DNA of 64,000 nucleotides from Gemmatimonadaceae bacterium (GTDB lineage: Bacteria; Gemmatimonadota; Gemmatimonadetes; Gemmatimonadales; Gemmatimonadaceae), in assembly GCA_051859245.1 (NCBI GenBank), contig JBHYGA010000006.1, forward strand, positions 224,001-288,000, read 5' to 3'. The notes under the pieces are model-generated. The model was not told the DNA's origin. It did not search any database and saw only the letters and a program-made list of their open reading frames with translations. A program made the translations under genes and the position numbers. Each line of letters opens with the position of its first letter. Within the stretch, counting starts at the first letter, position 1. Shown here piece by piece: positions 1 to 10,293 of the stretch.

Positions 1-1
1 A

Positions 2-1879
2 GGAGAGGTGCGCGAGTGGGCGGCTGCGCAGACGGCGTTCGCGATCCCGTACCTGCGCAACAACGACGTGCGCCCGTGGCTCTTGCAACGCGTGAACGAG
101 CTGAGCGCCCTGTTTCGCGAACCGTCCACGCGCCGCGCCGAGCGCGAACCGCCGTTGGTCGATGAAGAATCACTCGCGGCGGGCGAGTCACTCGATGGGA
201 TCTGGCCTTCGACTGATCGGCGATACGCGGCCTATCAGGTCTCCAGAGACGGGAGTGATTGGTCGGAGGGACGCGTGCGACGCGTGAGCGATGGCACCGA
301 CCTTTCCGAGCGACTCGAGGGACTGTACGGCGACGCGATGTCATGGACGCACGATGGGCGCGGATTCTTCTATGTGCGAGCAACGAAGCCGACGGACGGA
401 CGTGCGCAGCGTGCGGGTCGCGGTGTGTACTATCACGCGATCGGAACGCCGCAGTCGCGCGATGTTGTCATCCTGCGCCTGGATGCGAACGTGACCGATG
501 TAAACGTCGACCACGAACTCTCAGCCGACGGACGGTTCCTGTTTCTCTCGGAAGGGACCGGCCCATATGTAGATGATCTTGGCCACATCAACTCGCGCTT
601 GCACGTGCTCGACCTTCGCGATCCTGCGAAGCCAGCGATCGGCAACGTGCTCGTCTCACTCTCTGCTACGCGCGACGCGGCGTACCGCGTCGTGGCAACG
701 CATGGCGACAGCATCTACCTCTTCACCGACCGTGCCGCGCCGCGGCGCCGAGTTGTTGTGTTTGCCATCGGCACACCGAATGCCGAGCTGTGGCGCGAGT
801 TGGTTCCACCAAGTGACGATGTCATCGACCGCGTGGAGGAGATTGACGGCCGCCTCGTTGTGCGATTCGTGCGGAACGTGCAGCACGGCGTACGGGTGTA
901 CGAGCGCGACGGGCGTCTCGTGCGCGAACTGCCGATTCGTCCGATGACGACCATCATGAACATTCAGGCTGACACCACGGGCGCACTCGTGGTGCGCGCC
1001 GTTGAAGGATTCGCCCCCACGCGCCGTCGCTACGAGCTGCCGAGCGGCCGCGATTCGGCGGAGGTCGACGTGAAGACCCCGTCACCCGCCGATGCGTATG
1101 AGGTCAGGCAAGTCTGGTTCACATCGAACGACGGCGTGCGCGTGCCCATGTTCCTTGCGCACCGACGCGGACTCTCACTGGACGGATCACACCCCACTGT
1201 GCTCACTGGGTATGGCGCCTCGAGCTCGATTGAGATGCCGAACTTCGGGATCGGCGCGATTGCACTGCTCGAACTCGGCTTCGTACTGGCGGCGCCATCG
1301 CTGCGTGGCGGCGGTGAGTTCGGCCGGTCGTGGTATGAGGCGGCAATACTTGGACGCAAGCAGACAACGTTCGACGACTTCATCGCCGCGGCAGAGTTCC
1401 TGATCAACGAGCGGTACACGACAGCGGATCGACTCGCAATCCTCGGTGGCTCCAATGGTGGGTTGCTCGTGACATCCGTCATGAACCAACGGCCGGAGCT
1501 GTTCCGCGTCGCCATTGCGAACGTGCCGCCCACAGACCTGCTGCGGTTTGATCCGGGCACCCACCGCGCGCAATACGGATCGCCGAACAACCCGGCACAC
1601 TTGCCGTTCCTGCGCGCGAGTTCGGCGTTGCACAATTTGCGGCCGGGCACGTGTTATCCGGCAACATTGATCACGACGGCGTTCAATGACCAGGTGGTTC
1701 CCGCCTGGAACGCGTTCAAGCTTTCGGCGGCGCTGCAGGCCGCTCAGTCGTGCGACCGGCCGGTGCTGCTGCGCGCTGACACGACGGGCGGGCACGGAGG
1801 ACTCGGACTGGATGACCTCGGTGACGCGTTCGGATTCATCACATCGCAACTTGGCGTGAAGCGGCCGGGAGCGCGTTGA
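2..1879 (+). CDS. Prolyl oligopeptidase family S9A serine peptidase (5'-truncated by window edge)
   Basis: GGSNGG nucleophile motif, RGGGEFG, D(QVVP) and GGH catalytic positions, N-terminal propeller region; frame is open to the window start. Confidence 0.9.
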   Translation, partial: GEVREWAAAQTAFAIPYLRNNDVRPWLLQRVNELSALFREPSTRRAEREPPLVDEESLAAGESLDGIWPSTDRRYAAYQVSRDGSDWSEGRVRRVSDGTDLSERLEGLYGDAMSWTHDGRGFFYVRATKPTDGRAQRAGRGVYYHAIGTPQSRDVVILRLDANVTDVNVDHELSADGRFLFLSEGTGPYVDDLGHINSRLHVLDLRDPAKPAIGNVLVSLSATRDAAYRVVATHGDSIYLFTDRAAPRRRVVVFAIGTPNAELWRELVPPSDDVIDRVEEIDGRLVVRFVRNVQHGVRVYERDGRLVRELPIRPMTTIMNIQADTTGALVVRAVEGFAPTRRRYELPSGRDSAEVDVKTPSPADAYEVRQVWFTSNDGVRVPMFLAHRRGLSLDGSHPTVLTGYGASSSIEMPNFGIGAIALLELGFVLAAPSLRGGGEFGRSWYEAAILGRKQTTFDDFIAAAEFLINERYTTADRLAILGGSNGGLLVTSVMNQRPELFRVAIANVPPTDLLRFDPGTHRAQYGSPNNPAHLPFLRASSALHNLRPGTCYPATLITTAFNDQVVPAWNAFKLSAALQAAQSCDRPVLLRADTTGGHGGLGLDDLGDAFGFITSQLGVKRPGAR

Positions 1880-1967
1880 AGCTGCAGATGCGCGGCCGCA
1901 TCTTACGGAGTGTGGTCAGCACCGCTACACCGTAGTTCTTGCAACTTCAGCCTCTTGGTACACGGTT

Positions 1968-2351
1968 ATGAAACGCACGCTCATCAGTTCCGGCTCGCCG
2001 TTCGAAGAGCAGATTGCCTACTCAAGAGCCGTTGTCCAGGGTGACTGGATTTTTGTTTCTGGTACGACGGGTTTTGACTACGCAACAATGACCATTTCCC
2101 CGCTCGTTGAGGTGCAGGCGAAGCAGTGCCTCGAAAACATTTCGCAGGCGCTACACCATGCGGGTGCTTCGCTCGCGGACGTCGTGCGCGTTCACTACAT
2201 CCTGCCGAACGGCTCCGATTTTGAGCGGTGCTGGCCTGTGCTCCGCGAGTATTTCGGGAACGTGCGCCCCGCCGCCACGATGATTTCTGCGCAACTGCTC
2301 GATCCGCGCATGCTGATCGAGATCGAAGTGACCGCACTTCGTCAGGCGTAA
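1968..2351 (+). CDS. RidA/YjgF family protein
   Basis: YSRAV...FVSGTTG...RPAATM...IEIEVTA motifs, 127 aa. Confidence 0.9.
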   Translation: MKRTLISSGSPFEEQIAYSRAVVQGDWIFVSGTTGFDYATMTISPLVEVQAKQCLENISQALHHAGASLADVVRVHYILPNGSDFERCWPVLREYFGNVRPAATMISAQLLDPRMLIEIEVTALRQA

Positions 2352-2358
2352 CAACGAA

Positions 2359-3312
2359 CTACTGCGGCAGCGGAATAACTCGCGTCTCGTACACCGGCGT
2401 ACCGCCCGTGAGATGCGCATTCACAAAGAGCGCGGTTGTTCTAAGCATCGACTGGCCATTCAGCGAGAGCGTGGCGAAGGCGATTCCTGAGTAGTCGTGC
2501 TCACCGCCAGTGACGGTGTAAAACGTGTACGGCACGCCCACGCTCCTGGCGCGCTCCGCGAGCTCGATCGCTTCGGAATACGCGACCACGTCATCGGACG
2601 TGCCGTGCAGTACGAACAGTGGCGCCTCACCGGTCTCGATATCGGTATCTCGGGCCAAGGCACCCCAGTTGTTCACCACCACGCGCGGCGTTGGTCGTTG
2701 GATGCCGTACGCGTTGAGCGAGTACGCGACATGCATGACCGTGTAGCTCCCCGCTGAGCCGCCCCACAGCCCAATCCGATTCGCGTCAATGCAATATCTG
2801 CTCGCGTTGTTCTGCATCCAGCGCATCGCGCGCACGGCGTCCTCCGCTGCCGCCGCGAACGCGTTCATCTTTTCGTCGGTCTCCGTGGGAATCAATGCGC
2901 GGTAGTCCGCAGCGAATCGCGCAAACTCCGGCGAGATCACCGCTTCGTCGCGCACCAGGCGGTAGTCAATCGAAACCATGTTGATACCGAACGACGCGAG
3001 TTCTTCGGCGAACGACGCAATGCGCGCGCCTCGCTTGCTGCCACTCTGAAATGCACCACCGTGCACATACATCATGGTGGGACGCGGGACGGTGCAGGGC
3101 TGGTCCGGCTGGTAGACATCCAGCAACAGCGGAATCGACCCGCTCTTCGTTGGGCCGGTTCCGTACTGGACGTTTGGATCCATGACGTAGCCGGTCGGAG
3201 TTGGCACAACGTCAACATCGTCATCAGGCGCGATCGGATCGTCAGCGCCTCGGCAAGACGCGGCCAGAAGCGTGAGGTGGAGTAGCAGCAGGCTAGCGAT
3301 TTTGGACTTCAT
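2359..3312 (-). CDS. Alpha/beta hydrolase (carboxylesterase-like) lipoprotein
   Basis: HGGAF oxyanion motif, GGSAG nucleophile, HGTSD and GGEH; lipobox-like LAASC; start taken at MKSKIAS. Confidence 0.85.
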   Translation of the reverse strand: MKSKIASLLLLHLTLLAASCRGADDPIAPDDDVDVVPTPTGYVMDPNVQYGTGPTKSGSIPLLLDVYQPDQPCTVPRPTMMYVHGGAFQSGSKRGARIASFAEELASFGINMVSIDYRLVRDEAVISPEFARFAADYRALIPTETDEKMNAFAAAAEDAVRAMRWMQNNASRYCIDANRIGLWGGSAGSYTVMHVAYSLNAYGIQRPTPRVVVNNWGALARDTDIETGEAPLFVLHGTSDDVVAYSEAIELAERARSVGVPYTFYTVTGGEHDYSGIAFATLSLNGQSMLRTTALFVNAHLTGGTPVYETRVIPLPQ

Positions 3313-3387
3313 GTCTGCCTCAGAGCAGCTTGCGTAGTCAGCACACGTCGAGATTCCTATCACGACGCGTCACCCGCGCCGTGGGTA

Positions 3388-4290
3388 TCAACCCAGCAAC
3401 CGACGCACCTGTTCGCGATAGCTGCGACTTGAGGTGAGCTTCGCGCCGTCAGTCAGCGTGAGCTCGTACTCGCCGTGGCCGCAGGGCTCCAGCCGGCGGA
3501 TCCGGTCAATCCTCACGATGTGCGACCGATGCACCCGCACAAACTCTTCCGGGTCGAGACGCGATTCGAGCTGCTGCAGCGATTCGCGCACCAGGTGGCG
3601 TTTTCCTTTCGCGATGACCGCCACGTAGTTGCCGTCGGCCTCGATGCGGTCCACGTCGGCGACGGCCACAAAATACATCCCTTGGGCGTCGCGGATTACG
3701 AATCGTTTTGTGAACGCACCCTCTCGTGGCGGACGGGAGACGGAGCTCGCAGCATCGCTGGCTACAGCTGCCGCGTTACCGCTGAGTGCCTGCAGCGCCA
3801 GTCGGAGCGCCGCATCGGCGGCCGCGATGGCGCCGGTCTCGGGAGCTCGCGATGGTGTGCCAAGGGTCTCGAGCAACCGACGCATGGCCCGGTCGAACCG
3901 GTCAATGTCAACCGGCTTCACGAGGTAATCGACGGCATCGAGATCGAACGCGCGGATCGCGTGCTCCTCGCTCGCCGTGACAAACACAATGTGCGGAGGC
4001 CGCTCCAGCAACCACGGCGCTTCCTGCGCGAGGGCCTCGACCGTGGCGATGCCATCGAGACCAGGCATGCGGATGTCGAGCAGCAAAACGTCGGCGGGTC
4101 CATTGCGAAGGGCGGCGAGAACGGCCGTACCACTCCCGCATTCCGCCGTCAGTTCGAACTGGGGGTGTCGCGCGAGTAGCGCGCGCAGCCGAGCGCGTGC
4201 GAGTGGCTCGTCGTCGGCCACCAACACTTTCCATGTACGTGCGCTGTTGGCGTCGGCCACCATACTCGGAGTTCGCGGGGCGTCGCTCAT
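3388..4290 (-). CDS. LytR/AlgR family response regulator
   Basis: Receiver domain (DDEPLAR, LDIRMPG) plus LytTR domain (FVRVHRSHIV). Confidence 0.92.
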   Translation of the reverse strand: MSDAPRTPSMVADANSARTWKVLVADDEPLARARLRALLARHPQFELTAECGSGTAVLAALRNGPADVLLLDIRMPGLDGIATVEALAQEAPWLLERPPHIVFVTASEEHAIRAFDLDAVDYLVKPVDIDRFDRAMRRLLETLGTPSRAPETGAIAAADAALRLALQALSGNAAAVASDAASSVSRPPREGAFTKRFVIRDAQGMYFVAVADVDRIEADGNYVAVIAKGKRHLVRESLQQLESRLDPEEFVRVHRSHIVRIDRIRRLEPCGHGEYELTLTDGAKLTSSRSYREQVRRLLG

Positions 4291-5384
4291 TGATGCGTCT
4301 TCACGTTCGTGTACGAACTCTCTTCGACTGGCAGCGTGACCAATGCACGCGTGCCGCCACCCTGCGGTCGCTCGAGGATCAGTGAGGCACGTGTGCCGTA
4401 GAGCAGCGCGAGACGATCGCGTGTGTTCTGCAGACCAATGCCACGCACCGCGTTCACATGCCCGCGACCATTCGTTGACACGGCCGGCACATCAACACCC
4501 AGGCCATCGTCTTCCACGAACAGCATGAGCAGGTCGCTCACCCGATCCGCGCCGATGCGAACGCGTCCGCCCGACTCGCGCGCGGCGAGCCCGTGTTCGT
4601 ACGCGTTCTCGACCAGCGGTTGCAGCACAAAGAACGGCACGCGTGCGCTGCGCGCCGCATCGTCCACGTCCCATTCCACCACAATGCGATCACCAAAACG
4701 CAGTTGCATGAGTTCGACATAGCGCGCCAGCAAATCGAGCTCGCGTTCGAGCGCGTGCTCCTCCGTTTCCTCGTGCAGGGTCACGCGCAGCAGGTCGGCA
4801 AAGCGCGTGAGCATGCGGTCGGCGGCCATCGGATCCGCGTGCACGAGCGTTGTGACCGCGTTGAGCACATTAAACACAAAATGCGGTTGCAACTGCGTTC
4901 GCAGCGCCGCGAGCCGCGCCTCGGCGAGCCCGCGCGCAAGTCCGGCCTCGCGCACCTCGCGGGCGCGTTCCGAGCGATAGTAGTGAACGGCGTGTAGTAG
5001 TGCGACCATCACTACGAAGACGGTGAAGTAGGTGAGCGTCCGCGCGGTCGCGCTGGCTGCGACGTCGGGAACACCGGCGATGGCCACGACGACGGGCGTC
5101 ATCAACACGTGCCGGAGCCAGGCGGCTGCCAGCGTGCCGAGCAGCAGGATGCCCGCGTTCCGCCACGGCCGCGGGCGTCCGATCGGAAAGCGGCGAACGA
5201 GCGCGGCGAGCGGTGGCAAAAGCGGCAAACACGTCCACCACATCGCCAGCGACCAGACAATCTGTTCGACCCAGCGCGGGTCTTCACCACGGTCGAGGTT
5301 CGCAATGCTTCCGCGCAGCGCGTAGAGCAGGGCGAAGAACGTCGTCAGCACGACGGCGCCCACGGGCACGATGCGCCGTTCCAT
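4287..5384 (-). CDS. LytS-type sensor histidine kinase
   Basis: TM helices, QLQPHFVFNVLN, LQPLVENA, DDGLG, GIGLQN; 4-bp overlap with the regulator; start taken at MERRIV. Confidence 0.9.
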   Translation of the reverse strand: MERRIVPVGAVVLTTFFALLYALRGSIANLDRGEDPRWVEQIVWSLAMWWTCLPLLPPLAALVRRFPIGRPRPWRNAGILLLGTLAAAWLRHVLMTPVVVAIAGVPDVAASATARTLTYFTVFVVMVALLHAVHYYRSERAREVREAGLARGLAEARLAALRTQLQPHFVFNVLNAVTTLVHADPMAADRMLTRFADLLRVTLHEETEEHALERELDLLARYVELMQLRFGDRIVVEWDVDDAARSARVPFFVLQPLVENAYEHGLAARESGGRVRIGADRVSDLLMLFVEDDGLGVDVPAVSTNGRGHVNAVRGIGLQNTRDRLALLYGTRASLILERPQGGGTRALVTLPVEESSYTNVKTHQ

Positions 5385-5499
5385 GGCGGACTCCGGAGAG
5401 CCGATGTCCCCCTGTTCCCGCGCGCGTGTCGTCACGTTGCAGTATCGGGGCGGTGAGTTGGCGCGGTCAAGAGCGTTCGCACCACTGGGTGCGCTCAAC

Positions 5500-5994
5500 T
5501 CAGCGTGCCACGACGGGCCGCGTGCGTCGCGTGGCCGTCATCGGAAGCAGCGCGCCACCGTGATACTGGACAATGCCTTGCATTGAGCGCCCGTTGTCGG
5601 TTAATCGCCCGTTGAACGGTACGTCGCCTTCGCGAGACGCAACCACCATCTGCACGGAGTCGCCGCGCACGGTGAGCAGGCGGATCGCCAGCGTGTTCGT
5701 TGAGTCCGGCGTGAGCGATCCGGCCCACCCGTGTTCCACGGGACCGAGCGCAAAGAAGCCGCTCGACGTGCGTTCACCCACACGCATGGTGAAGTCCCAA
5801 ATGCCCTGCAAGTCGGGAACGCCGCCGAGTGTGGTCGCGCGTGCGGCGGGCTGCTCGGCGGGCGTCGCGGCGGGTGAACGGACCGGCTGTGCTCCAGCCG
5901 TTCCGGATGCCAGCAGGATGGCGGCCAGCGCCGCAACGGAAGGCGCCGAGCGTTTTGCTGCGTAAAGGTGGTGGTCGTTGAAAACGAGTGACAT
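5500..5994 (-). CDS. Hypothetical secreted small beta-rich protein
   Basis: Signal-like AGTAGAQ, GxW...F.G..G pattern; co-oriented upstream of the LytS/R pair. Confidence 0.6.
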   Translation of the reverse strand: MSLVFNDHHLYAAKRSAPSVAALAAILLASGTAGAQPVRSPAATPAEQPAARATTLGGVPDLQGIWDFTMRVGERTSSGFFALGPVEHGWAGSLTPDSTNTLAIRLLTVRGDSVQMVVASREGDVPFNGRLTDNGRSMQGIVQYHGGALLPMTATRRTRPVVAR

Positions 5995-6047
5995 GCTGAC
6001 GCTCCGGTGCGAGGTTGAGGTATTTGCACAGAGTAGGCGCAACCGGC

Positions 6048-6097
6048 ACGAGGTGTCGAAACGAAGACGTGAAGTGGACGTCGCGCGGGCTCAGTCG
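6048..6097 (-). promoter_or_regulatory. Possible LytTR-binding direct repeats
   Basis: Three imperfect 8-mers at exactly 21-bp period (minus strand CGACTGAG, CACTTCAC, CACCTCGT) upstream of the LytTR-associated operon. Confidence 0.3.
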
Positions 6098-6606
6098 GTC
6101 CTTAGAGCATGTTGACGGCGCGCTCGTCGCCCAGACACTGTCGGGCTGAGCTCACATGACGATCTCTGCAGCTATCGCTCCGGCGTCTGCGCGTCCTAGC
6201 AATAGCCACGGCAACGTCGCCGTGGGTGACACGCCCAGATTGCGCATGACGTTGCCGGAGTTCGGGCCGTACATGGAAAAACCTCGCGAGGTGTGAGATG
6301 GCGTGTTTGAGAATCACGAGCGGACGGGCGAGACAGTCTCCCCGCGTCTGTAAGCACACCAGCAAACTCGTACGCCACCGTCACCGGGCGATCGCCTCAC
6401 AATCACCTGACGGTCACCAGACGTTACGAAGGCTGTGCTTCGCAGGCATTTAGAGGACGAATCCTCCGAGCGGTGCGAGTTGCGGACGATCGCTTCGCTA
6501 GCCCATGATTCCTTTGTTCGCCGCCGAGCATCAAGGTGAGTCCTCACGCCAAAAGCATATGAGAGCGCGAAGGCCTCGTTCAAGCAAACCGAACTGGATA
6601 CTATCC

Positions 6607-7179
6607 ATGAAGCAGACAGCGCCTGCGCGCACCTTGCTCTTCTTCTCACAAATCGTCGGCGCAACGCTGCTGCTCGCGGCGGCTTCGCTTAGCGCCCAAT
6701 CGCCCACTCCCGGCACCTATCGACTGCATCTCTGCGCAGCGCGTTGTGCAGCGGCCGATTCAGCGCAGGCACTTGCCGCTGCGACCATCGTGATTGCGGA
6801 TGATTCAATGGCGAACAGCACTGCATGGAAGGATGCAATGACTGCGATCCGCGGGCGCCGACTGATGCGTCAATCCAGTCCAACGGACAACGTGTGCTTC
6901 AATATTGAGCAGCGAAGTAGCAACGTGGGAGCAGAGGAACTTTTCTTTGGTATCTACAGGAATGGCAGCACGCGCTGGAAGCGCACGAGTGCTGACACAC
7001 TGACACTGCGCGTTTTCCAGTCGCCCGACGCGAGCTATGACCTGCGATGGGTAGGAACAGGAGACAGCATCAGCGGCGAAGGCTGGTCAACGGGGTGGCA
7101 GGCAAACAACGCGCCGCACCGCAACGCGTTCTTTGTGGCCGTGCGTACCGGTTCGCCCGCGTCAATCGCGTGCCGATGA
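6607..7179 (+). CDS. Hypothetical secreted protein
   Basis: Signal peptide ending ASLSA-Q; no recognisable family. Confidence 0.6.
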   Translation: MKQTAPARTLLFFSQIVGATLLLAAASLSAQSPTPGTYRLHLCAARCAAADSAQALAAATIVIADDSMANSTAWKDAMTAIRGRRLMRQSSPTDNVCFNIEQRSSNVGAEELFFGIYRNGSTRWKRTSADTLTLRVFQSPDASYDLRWVGTGDSISGEGWSTGWQANNAPHRNAFFVAVRTGSPASIACR

Positions 7180-7390
7180 TTGCGGAGACCACGTCGTGCG
7201 TGTCGAAATCGCGACTGAGCCCTGCCTCGCAGTTGAGGCGCTTGGTGGTCGGTATTCGAGGACGAAGGCACGCCGTGTCAGGGTTTTGATGGCAGCGGGC
7301 GCGAGCCAGCGCAGCTAGCCTTGCACGGACGCACTCTCGTCGGGTAAACACGATGCCCGATCAACCTACCGAACGCAGTGTCAGCGGGAG

Positions 7391-9313
7391 ATGTTCGTGA
7401 TCGACCAGCTCATCCAGACGCCCCGCGACCTGCTTTATCGAGGCCTCTTCGAGCATTCGCTTGTGGAGGTACACATGTGGCGCGTCGTTCGCGATGCGTC
7501 CGGTGAAATCGTCACGTGGAAGCTTGTGGACGCCAACCCGAACGCACTCAAGGTCTGGGGGAAAACCCTCGACGAGGTGGTTGGCCTCACCACGGATGAA
7601 ATTTTCCCTGGTGTCGGTGCGTCCCGCACCTTCATGCCGATCGTGCGTGACATCATGACGACGGGCGCGCCGCACGAATGGGAGATCGATTTTCCAGTGA
7701 CCAATCAGATACTGCGCATGGTGAGCTTTCCCGTGGGCGAGTATTTCGTGAGCACCGGCTTCGATGTCACAGACCAACGTCGACAGGAGCAAGCACTCCG
7801 CGAGGCGCTTGACAGTTTGGAGCAGGCGTCTCGCGCTGGTGGTGTCGGTCTCTGGGACTGGGATCTGCGCACCAACCAAGTACACTATTCCGACGAGTGG
7901 AAACGGCAGCTTGGCCACGAACCGCACGAGATTGCCGACAACTATGATGAGTGGCAATCGCGGGTGCACGCCGATGACCTGGTCGACGCACTCAAAAACA
8001 CTCAGGAGCAGATCCAGTCTCCAGGCTCGCAGCAGTCAATGAGCTTCCGCATGCGGCACAAGGACGGATCGTATCGGTGGATCCTTGCGCATTCTACAGT
8101 CTTCACGAATGCGGAAGGCGAACCTGTCCGCATGCTTGGCTCTCACATCGATGTGACCGAACGGCGGCGGCTGGAAGAACAGTTACTGAAGTCGCAAAAG
8201 CTGGAGTCGGTGGGAACACTGGCCGCAGGTATCGCGCACGACTTCAACAATCTGCTTACCGCGATCATGGGCAACCTCTCGCTGCTCAAGTTCGGTGCGC
8301 CGTCAACCGCCGAGGGTCGCTCGCTCCTCACAGAAGTTGAGGAGGCTGCTGGACGGGCAAGGTCTCTCACATCGCAGCTGCTCACCTTTGCGAAAGGCGG
8401 CGCTCCGGTTCCACAGGTGGCCTCGATACAAAACGTGATTGTTGACTCCGCATCGTTTGTGAGCCGAGGCTCGCGCTCACGGTGCGAGTTTGTCATTGAT
8501 GCGCAGCTCAAGAACGTCAACGCCGACGTGGATCAAATCAGCCAGGTGGTTGAGAATCTCGTGATCAACGCGGCACAGGCCATGCCACATGGCGGCATCA
8601 TTACCATCCGCGCATCCAATGTCGTCGTGCATCGGCAAAACGAGTGGGACCTTGCACCTGGTGAGTACGTGAAAGTGTCAGTGACAGACTGTGGCAGCGG
8701 CATCCCGCAGACCCAGCTGGCACGGATCTTTGATCCCTTCTTCACGACAAAAGCCACTGGCTCGGGATTGGGGCTGTCCACTTCATATTCCATTGTCGCT
8801 CGGCACGGCGGCCGATTGACCGTTGAGTCACACGTTGGAACAGGGTCCACGTTCACCTTCTTCCTTCCCGCATCGAACGCCGATGCGCCTCAGCGGGAAG
8901 AACGCGCCGTTGTACGAGGTGCAGGCCGATTGCTGGTCATGGACGACGACGCGCAGTTACGTCGCTTGATGAAGCGGCTGCTCGAGGGGCTGGGTTACGA
9001 GTGCGATGTTGCGGAGGACGGCGACGAGACGCTGGCCCACTTTCGCAAAGCGGTGAGCGACCGTCGCCCCTACGCGGCCGTGATTCTGGACCTGACGATA
9101 CCCGGAAAGGACGGGGGGCGCGAGACACTGGCGCGTCTCAGGAATCTGGATCCCACGGTGGTCGCCGTTGTCGCCAGCGGCTACGATGATGACAACCTGC
9201 TTTCGGGATACAACAATCAGGGCTTTAACGGTCGTCTGAGAAAACCGATGGACATCGCGACACTCAGTGCCGAAATCGCCCGGGTCATCCGACAATCAGG
9301 GCGATCGGCGTGA
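7391..9313 (+). CDS. PAS-domain hybrid histidine kinase/response regulator
   Basis: PAS/PAC domains, AGIAHDFNNLL H-box, FDPFFTTK, GSGLGLS, C-terminal receiver (MDDD, LDLTIPG). Confidence 0.93.
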   Translation: MFVIDQLIQTPRDLLYRGLFEHSLVEVHMWRVVRDASGEIVTWKLVDANPNALKVWGKTLDEVVGLTTDEIFPGVGASRTFMPIVRDIMTTGAPHEWEIDFPVTNQILRMVSFPVGEYFVSTGFDVTDQRRQEQALREALDSLEQASRAGGVGLWDWDLRTNQVHYSDEWKRQLGHEPHEIADNYDEWQSRVHADDLVDALKNTQEQIQSPGSQQSMSFRMRHKDGSYRWILAHSTVFTNAEGEPVRMLGSHIDVTERRRLEEQLLKSQKLESVGTLAAGIAHDFNNLLTAIMGNLSLLKFGAPSTAEGRSLLTEVEEAAGRARSLTSQLLTFAKGGAPVPQVASIQNVIVDSASFVSRGSRSRCEFVIDAQLKNVNADVDQISQVVENLVINAAQAMPHGGIITIRASNVVVHRQNEWDLAPGEYVKVSVTDCGSGIPQTQLARIFDPFFTTKATGSGLGLSTSYSIVARHGGRLTVESHVGTGSTFTFFLPASNADAPQREERAVVRGAGRLLVMDDDAQLRRLMKRLLEGLGYECDVAEDGDETLAHFRKAVSDRRPYAAVILDLTIPGKDGGRETLARLRNLDPTVVAVVASGYDDDNLLSGYNNQGFNGRLRKPMDIATLSAEIARVIRQSGRSA

Positions 9314-9396
9314 CGGTCAGTGATAAAGCACCTGGTTCGAGGGTATGGGACATACGGCGGGCGTGTTGCTCGTTGTAGAATTTTCTGGGAGCACCC

Positions 9397-10275
9397 ATGC
9401 AGATCGACGTGCACATCGTCAACGCGTTCATTGACGGACCAACCGGTGGGAATCCGGCCGGTGTGGTTACGGATGCCAATGCACTGACGGCTTCACAAAA
9501 ACTCAAAGTTGCGCAACAGGTTGGCGTATCCGAAACGGCGTTCGTGTCGAAGTCGGATTCTGCCACCATCAAACTCGATTTCTTCACGCCGACACGACAA
9601 ATCGCGCATTGTGGCCACGCAACGATCGCGACATTCGCGCTCTTGCGCCAAATGGGTTTGGTAGGTGAAGGTCGACTTTCCAAAGAAACCATCGACGGCA
9701 ACCGCGACATTCTGATCGACGGCGAGATGGTCTTCATGGAGCAAGGCGCTCCGGCGTACACACGTGTTGCTGCGGCGTCGGATCTGGGAGGGCGGATTCT
9801 GCAGTCCCTTGGTCTCACGCAATCGCCGTTGCTCGAAGGAAGCGATCCATATGTGGTGAACACCGGGAACTCGTTCCTTGTGATTCCGCTACCGGATGAG
9901 CGCACCGTCTCGGAGCTTCGACCAGACCTCGCACTGGTGGAGTCCGTCAGCGAGGAGCTGGATCTGATCGGGTATTACGCGTTCTCTTTGGAGACGCGCG
10001 TACCAGGCCGTCACGCGGGTACGCGCATGTTTGCGCCACGCTACGGCATTCCGGAAGAAGCGGGAACCGGAATGGCCGCTGGTCCGCTGGCGTGCTTCCT
10101 GCACGATCATCTCGGCGTCGAAAGTCGAGAGTTGTTCATTGAGCAGGGCTGGTTGATGCAGCCGCCATCACCGAGTGTGATTCGCGTGGTGCTCGAAGGC
10201 GGGAACGGAGGAATAGCGCGTCTGATGGCAGGCGGTTCGGCACGTGCTCTGTCATCCATTCGCGTAGATGTGTGA
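9397..10275 (+). CDS. PhzF family epimerase/isomerase
   Basis: GNPAGVV, SETAF, CGHATIA, RMFAP..GIPEE.GTG. Confidence 0.92.
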   Translation: MQIDVHIVNAFIDGPTGGNPAGVVTDANALTASQKLKVAQQVGVSETAFVSKSDSATIKLDFFTPTRQIAHCGHATIATFALLRQMGLVGEGRLSKETIDGNRDILIDGEMVFMEQGAPAYTRVAAASDLGGRILQSLGLTQSPLLEGSDPYVVNTGNSFLVIPLPDERTVSELRPDLALVESVSEELDLIGYYAFSLETRVPGRHAGTRMFAPRYGIPEEAGTGMAAGPLACFLHDHLGVESRELFIEQGWLMQPPSPSVIRVVLEGGNGGIARLMAGGSARALSSIRVDV

Positions 10276-10293
10276 TCCGAAACAACTTCACTA

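Noticed and set aside
6100..6606. Pseudogene or ncRNA in the ~500-bp gap
   Set aside because: Short ORFs show no recognisable motif and I could not identify a convincing structure
7180..7290. Second attC-like remnant (CTCGCAGTTGAGGCGC)
   Set aside because: No complementary left arm or core boxes found
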